Shown one piece after another: positions 47,794 to 56,771 of a stretch of DNA of 64,000 nt. Position numbers and translations under genes: made by a program. The stretch spans positions 38,698-102,697 of the forward strand of contig NJBI01000006.1 of assembly GCA_005222975.1 (NCBI GenBank), in the 5' to 3' direction. Numbering within the stretch: position 1 is the stretch's first letter; every line of letters begins with the position of its first letter. The notes beneath the pieces were generated by a model. The model was not told the DNA's origin, did no database searches, and was given only the letters and a program-made list of their open reading frames with translations. This stretch comes from Promethearchaeota archaeon Loki_b31. GTDB lineage: Archaea; Asgardarchaeota; Lokiarchaeia; Sigyniarchaeales; SOKP01.

Positions 47794-49458
47794 ATGCGAG
47801 AATATACTGAAAAAGAAAAAGAAAAAGAAAAAAAGAAAAAAGGTGAAAAAATCAGTGAGAATCTTGAAAATGAGTTTCAACCTGAAGAAAAACAACAAAA
47901 AAACGATGAAATGGAAAATGATTTCATTCCCATTGATGATAACCCTAATAACACAGATAAACTTGATAACGAGTTTGAACCAATAGACGATGCAGAATTA
48001 AAACCAAAATCTTCTTTACGAAAAACCCAGCAAGAAATTCAAAAAGCTAAAGATGATAAAAAAATCATAGTTTTAGAAGAAAGTGGAGATTTAGCTGAAA
48101 TGATTACTATCGCTCTTGGAGATGGATGTATTCCCAAAAATGCAGAGAGTTTTAAAGTAACATTAAACAGGTCTGAAGAAAAACAATATACAAAATATGT
48201 ATATGAATTAATGGAAAAGCAATATAATGCGATTAATTTATTGGATGACCTTAAGGCAGAAGTTGGTAACTTAGTTCCTAAGAGTGAAAAACCTAAGGGT
48301 AAATTGTCAAATGAAAAGCTATCAGTATATTTAGGGTTTGAAGAGAGATATATTCGCAAATTAAAGACAATTATTAAATCAAAAAACCCTGATTTTACTT
48401 TTTCTGAAGATCAATTGAATCAAATGCTTAAAAATTTAGAAGAGAGGTTTTGTGCAGAAAAAATTCAAGATTGTGTCAAAATGCTTCAAAAGTATAAGAT
48501 TTCAAATAAAATTTTGGAATATAGACATCAACAGTGGAATAAATATAATCCCAACTTGAAATTTGATTTCTTTTTGAACTTGGATAATACCGATAAAGGT
48601 TATTATTTCGGTTTATTGTTAGCAGATGGACTGTCTGAAAAAGGTGCTAATATTGGATTATTTTTGGAAAAAGAAGATAAAGATGTTATCATAAGATTTC
48701 GAAAAACTCTCGGAATCTCCAATGAAATCGAACATAAGATATCTAAACGAAAGAAAAAAACAGGAGAGTTTTCAGAAGATTTTGGAGTTAGAGTTGGCTG
48801 TAAACCCATGCTTGATGATTTAAAAAAATTAGGTTTTTTCGATTTTAAAGAAGGTAAACCTCTCCCTGAAGGATTTTTCTCAAAATTAGATAGAAATGTA
48901 GCTTTGTCTATTTTGTGCGGTTTCTACGATGGGGATGGAGAACAAGGTACTACAAAGATTCATAATACAAATAGATTATTCCTAGAGCAGATAAGAAGAG
49001 AATTTAATATAAAGAATAATGTTCAGCTAAAAAGAAAGGGTGGGAAAACCATAAAATATTCAGTACAATGTAGGGAATACATAGGCGATTTAAAGGATAG
49101 ATGGTACCTATCTCTAGGTGCTAAGGTTTTTAACGAAATGATGGAATCCTTTGAGGATAGCATGGAAAGAAAGCGAGAATACTATCCGGTAAGTACTCAC
49201 AAATTTGCATTTGAAGACTTAAAAGATACAATAAAAAATAGAAACAATCTCGAGAACATTCTACGGATGGCACCAGTTACCATTCTAATTAATAAGTTTG
49301 ATGTATCTTTTCAGACTTTTAAGAGACTTTGCAATGAATTTAATGTAGGACCGTTACCTCATTCATATTGGAAAAAAATTGAAAATAAAGATTGGAAAGC
49401 CGATTTTGAAGATAAATTTAAGACTTTCAAAAAAAATTATTTAGGGAACGAATTTTAA
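47794..49458 (+). CDS. Free-standing LAGLIDADG-domain protein
   Basis: LAEMITIALGDG, YFGLLLADG, ILCGFYDGDG; acidic N-terminal repeats; no intein termini. Confidence 0.8.
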   Translation: MREYTEKEKEKEKKKKGEKISENLENEFQPEEKQQKNDEMENDFIPIDDNPNNTDKLDNEFEPIDDAELKPKSSLRKTQQEIQKAKDDKKIIVLEESGDLAEMITIALGDGCIPKNAESFKVTLNRSEEKQYTKYVYELMEKQYNAINLLDDLKAEVGNLVPKSEKPKGKLSNEKLSVYLGFEERYIRKLKTIIKSKNPDFTFSEDQLNQMLKNLEERFCAEKIQDCVKMLQKYKISNKILEYRHQQWNKYNPNLKFDFFLNLDNTDKGYYFGLLLADGLSEKGANIGLFLEKEDKDVIIRFRKTLGISNEIEHKISKRKKKTGEFSEDFGVRVGCKPMLDDLKKLGFFDFKEGKPLPEGFFSKLDRNVALSILCGFYDGDGEQGTTKIHNTNRLFLEQIRREFNIKNNVQLKRKGGKTIKYSVQCREYIGDLKDRWYLSLGAKVFNEMMESFEDSMERKREYYPVSTHKFAFEDLKDTIKNRNNLENILRMAPVTILINKFDVSFQTFKRLCNEFNVGPLPHSYWKKIENKDWKADFEDKFKTFKKNYLGNEF

Positions 49459-49526
49459 ACTATAAAAGAAAAGTTTTTCTAAAATGGATTATTTTTTTTT
49501 TTATCATATAAATATAGGTATTAAAG

Positions 49527-49727
49527 ATGATTATACCGATCAGATGCTTTTCATGTGGCCGCCTTATAGCCCATATCTATAAACCTTATTTGGAACTTAT
49601 TGAAAAAGGAGAAAGCGCTGAATACGCTTTTAAAGAGTTGGGTATTGAGAGGTTCTGTTGTAAAAGAATGATTGTCTCGCATGTAGACTTGATAGATGAG
49701 CTATTAAAGTTCCCAAGGCTACAATAA
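49527..49727 (+). CDS. rpoN: RNA polymerase subunit Rpo10 (RpoN)
   Basis: MIIPIRCFSCG...RFCCKRM. Confidence 0.95.
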   Translation: MIIPIRCFSCGRLIAHIYKPYLELIEKGESAEYAFKELGIERFCCKRMIVSHVDLIDELLKFPRLQ

Positions 49728-49787
49728 GCTAAAAATGTTATCTTAAATATAGTTTTTCAGAATTAGAGTTAAAAAGTAATATTTTTT

Positions 49788-49970
49788 TTACTCTTTACCA
49801 TAAACGCTAGTCCATCTTACTTTTCTTGGATTACGCTTCTGTACCAACATAGCGACTCTACATTTATGTGTACAGAAATCTAGAATAGTTCCATCTTTCT
49901 TAATGTACATGTGTCCCCTTCCTATTAAGACATCCCCCTGACAAAAAGAGCATTTCTTTACTTTAACCAT
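49788..49970 (-). CDS. rpl24e: Ribosomal protein eL24
   Basis: CSFC...FCTHKC...RNPRKVRWT. Confidence 0.95.
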   Translation of the reverse strand: MVKVKKCSFCQGDVLIGRGHMYIKKDGTILDFCTHKCRVAMLVQKRNPRKVRWTSVYGKE

Positions 49971-50002
49971 CGAATTTTCATCTCGCTCTGTTAATTAGAT
50001 TA

Positions 50003-50422
50003 TTATTCTTTCACTTTAAAGAGTTCAGTTTCTCCATATTTTACAACTTTAAGATTAAGTAACGTCATATCAAAAGAGACTTCGTTTCCCCTAACCATTT
50101 TTCTTCTTTTTTCTCCTTTTCTCTTTGGTTTATAACCAATAGCTTTTTTTGAAACTAAAATTCTCTTTTTTACGGGGCCGTGAACGTCTTTTCTCATAGG
50201 AAAACCGCTTTCGTCGGAACCACCCATGATTTGAAATTCGTAGTTAGGAAACCCAATTAGACCCCCTTTTATGACTTCCCCAATCTTCATGCCCTCAAAA
50301 CGGAATTTCTTTTCATCGATCTCAATTAATTTAGATAATCCCTTTCCCGGGCCTTCACTTCCCCCAGAAATATTTAGCTTATATACTCTTTTCTCTGAAC
50401 TCATAATTATCGAACTAACCAA
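50003..50422 (-). CDS. rps6e: Ribosomal protein eS6
   Basis: GGSDESGFPM, GEKRRKMVRGN; the likely start is the MSSEK Met. Confidence 0.93.
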   Translation of the reverse strand: MVSSIIMSSEKRVYKLNISGGSEGPGKGLSKLIEIDEKKFRFEGMKIGEVIKGGLIGFPNYEFQIMGGSDESGFPMRKDVHGPVKKRILVSKKAIGYKPKRKGEKRRKMVRGNEVSFDMTLLNLKVVKYGETELFKVKE

Positions 50423-50571
50423 AAGGAAATTACTAAGAAGAATGTCCTAAAATTTAAATATTTTATTGATTTTTGAGAGTTTTAGAATTTTTCAGAATAA
50501 TTTATTAAAAATAAAATTTATTTTAAAGATCAGTACCTATTAAAAATATAGAAAAAAATTGGGTTTAAAAT

Positions 50572-51396
50572 TTGCAAATTTTCGAGGCGCTAGAGTTACG
50601 CGAATTTCCTTATTTCTTGACTGTTGATGTTGAGGAAGGAGAAATTGTTGAAAAAGTTATAATGGATGATCTTAATAGTCGTAAAGTTTATTTGCTTATA
50701 GATCACGATACTAAAAGGATTTGGACTTACAATGGCCCTAATAGCTCTTTAAAACTTCAAGTTTTCGGAGGTATTTTAGCGGGAATGTTCCGTAAACAAT
50801 TAAGATTGTTCTACAGAATATATTCGTTAAATTTCTATTCTAAAGATAGGCCAGAGTTTCAAGAAGTAATGGATAAACCTATTGGAGCTGGAAGGGCAAG
50901 ATCTATCGATAAAAAGGATTTCTCTGATTCAGGAATGCAAAAAACAGCAAGAGAAATGATTATTCGCAATCCCAGATTAAGTAGAGCTATGGAAAATATA
51001 AATCTCTGTTCTAAACCGGAAGACCTTAAGAGAATCTTCATAATTGTTGGCGGCATTATTTATTCCGAAGAAGAGGTTCCAGAAGCTATGCTCATTGAGG
51101 AAAAAAGTTCCGCTAACCTTGTAAAAATGGGGAGATTGAATAATGGTTTCACATTATTTGACGATCGGAACTATTCTACACGAATAATTGTAAAAGATAG
51201 AGTAATTCAAGGGATTGAACTCTTTGTCCGTAATAACGATGAAATGCCCTCTTTACGCATCAAATCGCCTATAATTCACGAAGATAAAATAAGTGAAGAA
51301 GGTGATATGGAAAAATTGATTACTTCCTTCGAAATTCCTGACTCGATGCCAGATATCGAAGCAACGGAAGGTGAAAACCAAAACAAAAATACTTAA
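50572..51396 (+). CDS. Gelsolin-like domain protein with an additional C-terminal domain
   Basis: LNSRKVYLLID...RIWTYNGPNSS matches the gelsolin LxSxxxYxLD...IxxWxGxxSS signature. Confidence 0.7.
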   Translation: MQIFEALELREFPYFLTVDVEEGEIVEKVIMDDLNSRKVYLLIDHDTKRIWTYNGPNSSLKLQVFGGILAGMFRKQLRLFYRIYSLNFYSKDRPEFQEVMDKPIGAGRARSIDKKDFSDSGMQKTAREMIIRNPRLSRAMENINLCSKPEDLKRIFIIVGGIIYSEEEVPEAMLIEEKSSANLVKMGRLNNGFTLFDDRNYSTRIIVKDRVIQGIELFVRNNDEMPSLRIKSPIIHEDKISEEGDMEKLITSFEIPDSMPDIEATEGENQNKNT

Positions 51397-51632
51397 AAAA
51401 GTTAAAATGATTCTTTTAATAAATCCTAAAGCAAATAAACCCTACTGAGAAATACAAAACCGATTTCTTTAAAATACATAACAATATTAATATTTATAAT
51501 TATCTACTCTCTCACTTTTTTCAATTTCATTAAAGATAATTATATAATGGAGAATTTACTCTAATTTAATGTAGTTAAGTATTATTTTATAATATCTAAA
51601 AAATATAGAATTTTAAATAGATAATAATTGCG

Positions 51633-52913
51633 TTGTTTTATATGGCTAAAACTGACTATTTTATAGGAGAAGCACTTCTAGGTTCTGGGAGCTCAGTCGC
51701 TCATATCGATCTAATCATCGGCTCCAAAGATGGACCCGTGGGAATATCTTTTGCTAATGCCCTTAGTAACCCTTCAATAGGCCATGGAGGGCTTCTAGCG
51801 TGTATTAGACCGAATTTATTAACTAAACCTGTTAGTTTGGTAATTCCAAAAGTAACTGTCTCAAAAATGGAAGAAGCTAATAAAATTTTTGGGCCAGCTC
51901 AAGCCGCTGTTGCTAAAGCAATAGCGGATGCTGTCGAAGAAAACCTCATTCCGATGAATAAAATTGATGAATGGCTTTTAATTGTGAGCGTTTTTATTCA
52001 TCCTGAAGCAAAAGATTATAGGAAAATATATCAGTATAATTATGGTGCTACAAAATTAGCTATTCAAAGGGCTTTAAAAAATTATCCTCCAATTGAGAAA
52101 ATTTTCTACGATAAGGATCGCGCGAAACATCCTGTTGCTGGATTAAGAGTTCCAAGACTTTGGAGACCGCCCTATATACAAGTTGCTTTAGATGCGCCAA
52201 GTTTGGAACATCAATTGAAAGTTGTTAAGCAACTCCCAAAAAGCGATAGAATCATTTTAGAAATTGGAACCCCGTTTCTTAAGAAATATGGAGTAGAGGC
52301 AATTGAAAAGATACGGGAGATTGCTCCGGAGAAATTCATTGTCGCTGATTTAAAAACGCTTGACGTCGGCAAATTAGAGGTGGATTTTGCTTTTGATGCT
52401 ACTGCCGACGCCGTAGTAGCAAGTGGTTTGGCATCTCCCAAATCAATTGATAAGTTTCTATTAGAAGCAAGACGTCTTGGAATTTATGGGTTCGTTGACA
52501 CAATGGAAGTGGTTGATCCCATCGAGAAATTAAAGCAATTGAAACAAATACCCGATGTTGTCATTCTTCATAGAGCGATAGATGTAGAAAGCGCCATAGA
52601 AGGTTCAGATGACGCCCAAAAACAAAAATGGCAATTCGTTCCTAAAATAAAAGAACTGTATGCTGATAAAAAATTAGCATCTGGAAAAGATCGCGTGTTA
52701 GTAGCAGTTGCTGGAGGAATCGAACCATCTACAGCTGAATATGCTCTAAAAATGAAAGCAGATATCTTAATAGTCGGTAGATATATTACTTCCAGCAAAG
52801 ATATTAAGAACTCCATGCGTCAATTCATCAACATCTTGCCGGGATACTCTGATATAGACCTAAAGCGGATACATGTAGACGACGACGATATTAACAGCCT
52901 AAAATCTAAATAA
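51633..52913 (+). CDS. fae-hps: Bifunctional formaldehyde-activating enzyme / 3-hexulose-6-phosphate synthase
   Basis: GEAL...AHIDLIIG...GPAQAAVAKA...YNYGAT; QVALD, EIGTP, ADLKTLDVG, AVAGG. Confidence 0.92.
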   Translation: MFYMAKTDYFIGEALLGSGSSVAHIDLIIGSKDGPVGISFANALSNPSIGHGGLLACIRPNLLTKPVSLVIPKVTVSKMEEANKIFGPAQAAVAKAIADAVEENLIPMNKIDEWLLIVSVFIHPEAKDYRKIYQYNYGATKLAIQRALKNYPPIEKIFYDKDRAKHPVAGLRVPRLWRPPYIQVALDAPSLEHQLKVVKQLPKSDRIILEIGTPFLKKYGVEAIEKIREIAPEKFIVADLKTLDVGKLEVDFAFDATADAVVASGLASPKSIDKFLLEARRLGIYGFVDTMEVVDPIEKLKQLKQIPDVVILHRAIDVESAIEGSDDAQKQKWQFVPKIKELYADKKLASGKDRVLVAVAGGIEPSTAEYALKMKADILIVGRYITSSKDIKNSMRQFINILPGYSDIDLKRIHVDDDDINSLKSK

Positions 52914-53165
52914 ATTTTAATTTTTTACCTTCTCTTTTTATTTCCCATAATAAAATTTAAACATCCATTAACTCTTAAAATTAAAAAAGAAAGAAATAAA
53001 TAAAAACCAAGAATTCAGTTCAGTTCAGTTCTAATTAAAAAGCATTCTCCATTTCCTATTTTCAACAATTCCTAATATTTCAATCAATTAAAAGATAACT
53101 ACATTTATATAAATTGAATCATATTATAATTAAGAAAAATCCATAAAGTAAATCAGTGAATAACC

Positions 53166-53675
53166 TTGAGCGAGATTACCGTATTCTTTATAATGGGAGG
53201 TATTATTTTTGTTGTTTGTTTTGTAATTGCTTACTGGATTATAAGAAAGATTTTAAAATCTGTTAAAAAAAAAAAAATTCCTAAAATTGCGACTAGTTTC
53301 AAATGTTTGGATGGGCATGTTGTAAGATCGAAAGGGGAATTAGTAATCGATAATCATCTCCATCGCCTTGGCATCGAACATGAATACGAAAATACGATAA
53401 GAATACGAGGTATGCCACTTAAATACGATTGGTATCTTCCAAAAGATAAGATTTATATCGAATATTGGGGGTTTTACGGGAAAAATTACATGAAAAGAAA
53501 AGAAGAAAAACTTAGCCTTTATCGAAAAGGTAAGTTAAAATTAATCTCAATCGAAGATATTATGTTAAAAGATATCTATACCAATCTAGAAAAGGAATTG
53601 AATAGATTTATAAAAAAGGATACAATAAAAAGACACTGTCCTAATTGCGGAATAGAATTAGATAAAAGGTTTTAA
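53166..53675 (+). CDS. Membrane-anchored PD-(D/E)xK nuclease-like protein with a C-terminal Zn knuckle
   Basis: N-terminal TM, then VRSKGELVIDN...HEYE...YDWYL...YIEYWG, then CPNCG. Confidence 0.6.
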   Translation: MSEITVFFIMGGIIFVVCFVIAYWIIRKILKSVKKKKIPKIATSFKCLDGHVVRSKGELVIDNHLHRLGIEHEYENTIRIRGMPLKYDWYLPKDKIYIEYWGFYGKNYMKRKEEKLSLYRKGKLKLISIEDIMLKDIYTNLEKELNRFIKKDTIKRHCPNCGIELDKRF

Positions 53676-53832
53676 GAAAAAATATGATTAAACTTTATCC
53701 TTTTCTTCTTTTTCTAATTGTTCTCTTTTCTTAAAAAGATATATGACGAAAAGTAATTACTTTTAATATAAAACAAGAATTCTATATAGTACTTCACACT
53801 TCTTTAAATAGATATAGAACAGGTGGAATACT

Positions 53833-55119
53833 ATGGAAAATGATTTTTGCATCCACACATTTAAAGGGGAAAGGTTACTTCCTGAATCTGTTCAATTATC
53901 TCCTGATGGTAAATATGTAGTAAGTTTTGCTTCTCATGATAAAACCTACATTTGGGAATTATCAAGTAGAAACTTAATAAAAACTTTTAATGGCTTAAGC
54001 TGGAATGTTGTGTCTGCTGATGGTAAATATATTGCAGGTGAATGGACAGATAAAAGAACATTTAAGAAAAATTTAAATATATTTAGATTTCCTGATGGAC
54101 CATTAATTAGTACAATAAATATTGAGATAAGAACTCATTATTGTATACTATCAATTGACTTCTCCCCAAGTGGAGACTACATAGCAATATTTGTAGAAGA
54201 TATGGACAATGATAGAGAACACGCAGAAATCTGGGATTTAAAATCCAATAAAATTGTTAAAAAATTAGAAGATTATAATTTTTGCATAATCTCCCATAAC
54301 TGGACATATATTATTTTCTTGGATAACGAAAATAATTTTCTTATTAAAGATTTCTGGTCTGAAGACTTGATAAATAAGATAAAAGGTGATACAGAAGATT
54401 TATGGGCAATTCGGACATCTCATGATGAGAACTATTTTATTGCAAGTTATGGGGAAGACTTAGAAACATTAGAAGAAAATCCTCAGCGGGATATGTATAT
54501 AAAAGTTTGGAATATCAAAACAGGAGAGTTAGTTTGGGACTTAAAAGGATCTATGTTTGGGTCAGTATCCACTATCTTTTCTCCTGACGGAAACTATATC
54601 GCTTCTGGATGGGCTGAGGGAACTATGATAGTCTGGGATTTTCAGAACGGAAAGCAGAAGTTAAAATGGCAAGGACATGATGATCACATCTCATCACTTA
54701 GTTTTTCTCAAGATGGAAATCTTTTAGCTAGTAGTTCATATGATGAAACTATTAAAATATGGGATTTTGCCGGATTAATCCAAGAAAAACAAAGAATTGA
54801 AATCTTATACACAGAGCAAAGAGAAAAAGAAAGACAATCAGAATTGAATAACAGAAAAATTATTAAAAGAATATTATTAGATTACAGTACTAAATTTGCT
54901 CGAATTCAAGTAAATGAACTAATTGAAAAAATAAAAATAAATGACGAAGACTTAATCATTGATGTAATAGTAGAAATGATCAGAAACAATGAGATCTACG
55001 CCGAATATTTTTTAAGTAGTAAAGCTGTTGTATTTAATCAACAAGCAAACATAGATGAAATTGATCGCTTAATGGCAACTTATAAAGAGTGGGAGAGTAA
55101 AAAAGAGAATAAAAAGTAA
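53833..55119 (+). CDS. WD40 beta-propeller + PCI-like winged helix + conserved C-terminal motif
   Basis: FSPDGNYIASG...IVWD, GHDDHISSLSFSQDG...IKIWD; ends IDEIDRLMATYKEWESKK. Confidence 0.88.
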   Translation: MENDFCIHTFKGERLLPESVQLSPDGKYVVSFASHDKTYIWELSSRNLIKTFNGLSWNVVSADGKYIAGEWTDKRTFKKNLNIFRFPDGPLISTINIEIRTHYCILSIDFSPSGDYIAIFVEDMDNDREHAEIWDLKSNKIVKKLEDYNFCIISHNWTYIIFLDNENNFLIKDFWSEDLINKIKGDTEDLWAIRTSHDENYFIASYGEDLETLEENPQRDMYIKVWNIKTGELVWDLKGSMFGSVSTIFSPDGNYIASGWAEGTMIVWDFQNGKQKLKWQGHDDHISSLSFSQDGNLLASSSYDETIKIWDFAGLIQEKQRIEILYTEQREKERQSELNNRKIIKRILLDYSTKFARIQVNELIEKIKINDEDLIIDVIVEMIRNNEIYAEYFLSSKAVVFNQQANIDEIDRLMATYKEWESKKENKK

Positions 55120-55280
55120 ATTAGCATAACCAAGTTTTATCACCTAAGATGTAAAATATTTCTAAGAGAGCTTGAATAATAACTATTCTCCTTTTATATC
55201 CCCATCAAACTGTAAGACATTCATTTTTATTGAAGTTTTTTAAATTACTAATTATTCTTCTTTTCTAAAAAATTGAAAAC

Positions 55281-55306
55281 TGTTCCCATATGGGAACATT
55301 TATATA
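55281..55306 (+). promoter_or_regulatory. Perfect 18-bp palindromic operator abutting a TATA box
   Basis: TGTTCCCAT|ATGGGAACA (55281-55298) followed directly by TTTATATA, about 50 nt upstream of ATG 55359. Confidence 0.7.
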
Positions 55307-55358
55307 TTAAAACTTCTATTACTTTATTGAAAAAAAAATAAAATTTGGGTTTCAATAC

Positions 55359-56738
55359 ATGCCAATAGAAGAAGATCGTATTCGAGAATTACCAAAAAGC
55401 CTTCAAGGGATAGAGATTATACTAACCTATTTAAACGAGAGAAATAAAGATTCTTTAAGCATAAGGAACATAAGTGAAAACACAGGACTTTCGATGCGAG
55501 TTACTAAAAACATTTTATTGCAATTAGAGAAATTTAATCAAATAGAAAGAGTCGTAGAAAAAAATAACATTCTTCCAAAATGGAGAATAACTAAGTTTGG
55601 AAAAAAAGTTCTTAAAGAAGCGGAAGGAATACAAAAAAAAATTGAATTTCCTAGTAGAGAAGATGAATTATTAACTAATATATTAATTCCAGATAACATT
55701 GAAGCTCTTAAGGCAAAAATTAAAGAAAACGTCGAAAATAATATTTCAAAATTAAAATCAATGCAAAATGACTTAAGTAAAACATTAGGAGCAGTATTGA
55801 ATTTAAATAATCCCATTTTTGAAGACTTGATGGGTGTTATCATTAACCGTATCAAATTTATTAGACAACAAATTACAAATTTTCCTTCAGATCCGTTAGC
55901 AGTTTATCAATTAAAGAAGATAGAAGAAAAGCAGAAAAAGGTTCCAAAAGAGGAGATGAAAACTCTGTTGGCAGAAATTTTCTTCATTGACTCTATTATG
56001 CACAATGAGTTGAATCGTATAAATGATTACAATATGAAATTATCTCAATTCTTAGAGAGAGAGAAAGCATCTAAAGGCTATTCAACAGCAAAAGATTTAC
56101 GTGAAGAAATCAGGATTTTTCTAAATTTAATTCGTAAAAGAGAGTCCATTAAAATTAATTCTCATGTCCTATCTCCTGAAAATTTAAGACTAGTTTCTAA
56201 AAATAAAATCACTCCAGAAATTTTAAATACCATAATCGAAAGTCCTATCACTGAAGAAGAACAAACTGAAGAAATTAAAATTATTGTAATAAGCCTTATA
56301 ACAAAATTAAATAAAGGAGAGAAACATATCGAAGGTTATACTGTTGATATAACTGAAAATATACCATTATATACTTTTTATCAATTAATACTAGACGAAA
56401 ATCCAAATTTTGATATTACTATCGAACAACTGGAGGAAATTATAAATTCGCTTGCGGAGGAAGGGTATCTGCCAGGTATTAAAATAATTCAAGAAGATGA
56501 GGATCACTACCTTAAACTAGTTCAGTTTAAAGTTAGAGATATTTCTAAAAATGAGTTAGAATTAATTACCAATGCGTTAAGATTTCAGAGCTTTGCATTA
56601 GCAGATATGGTTGGAGCAACGGGATGGAGCACTATTCAAGTGGTAAAGATTTTGAATCATCTTACTGAATTAGGAATTTTAAAATATTTAAAAAATCACC
56701 TCCATGGTGATCGTTGGTATATTGTATCTGAAAACTAA
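55359..56738 (+). CDS. N-terminal wHTH + coiled coil + EAP30/Vps22/36 (ESCRT-II)-like tandem winged helix
   Basis: The C-terminal IPLYTFY...ITIEQLEEIINSL...GIKII...LVQF...ISKNELELI...ALADMVGATGWSTIQVVKILNHLTELGIL...WY parallels the EAP30 consensus. Confidence 0.65.
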   Translation: MPIEEDRIRELPKSLQGIEIILTYLNERNKDSLSIRNISENTGLSMRVTKNILLQLEKFNQIERVVEKNNILPKWRITKFGKKVLKEAEGIQKKIEFPSREDELLTNILIPDNIEALKAKIKENVENNISKLKSMQNDLSKTLGAVLNLNNPIFEDLMGVIINRIKFIRQQITNFPSDPLAVYQLKKIEEKQKKVPKEEMKTLLAEIFFIDSIMHNELNRINDYNMKLSQFLEREKASKGYSTAKDLREEIRIFLNLIRKRESIKINSHVLSPENLRLVSKNKITPEILNTIIESPITEEEQTEEIKIIVISLITKLNKGEKHIEGYTVDITENIPLYTFYQLILDENPNFDITIEQLEEIINSLAEEGYLPGIKIIQEDEDHYLKLVQFKVRDISKNELELITNALRFQSFALADMVGATGWSTIQVVKILNHLTELGILKYLKNHLHGDRWYIVSEN

Positions 56739-56771
56739 AATTATTTAATATAAAAAATGTAAATAGAGAAA

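Noticed and set aside
47794-49458. Intein or intron-encoded endonuclease
   Set aside because: No host gene is interrupted and there are no Cys/Ser...His-Asn splice junctions.
53013-53031. (ttcag)3 microsatellite
   Set aside because: Too short to be meaningful.
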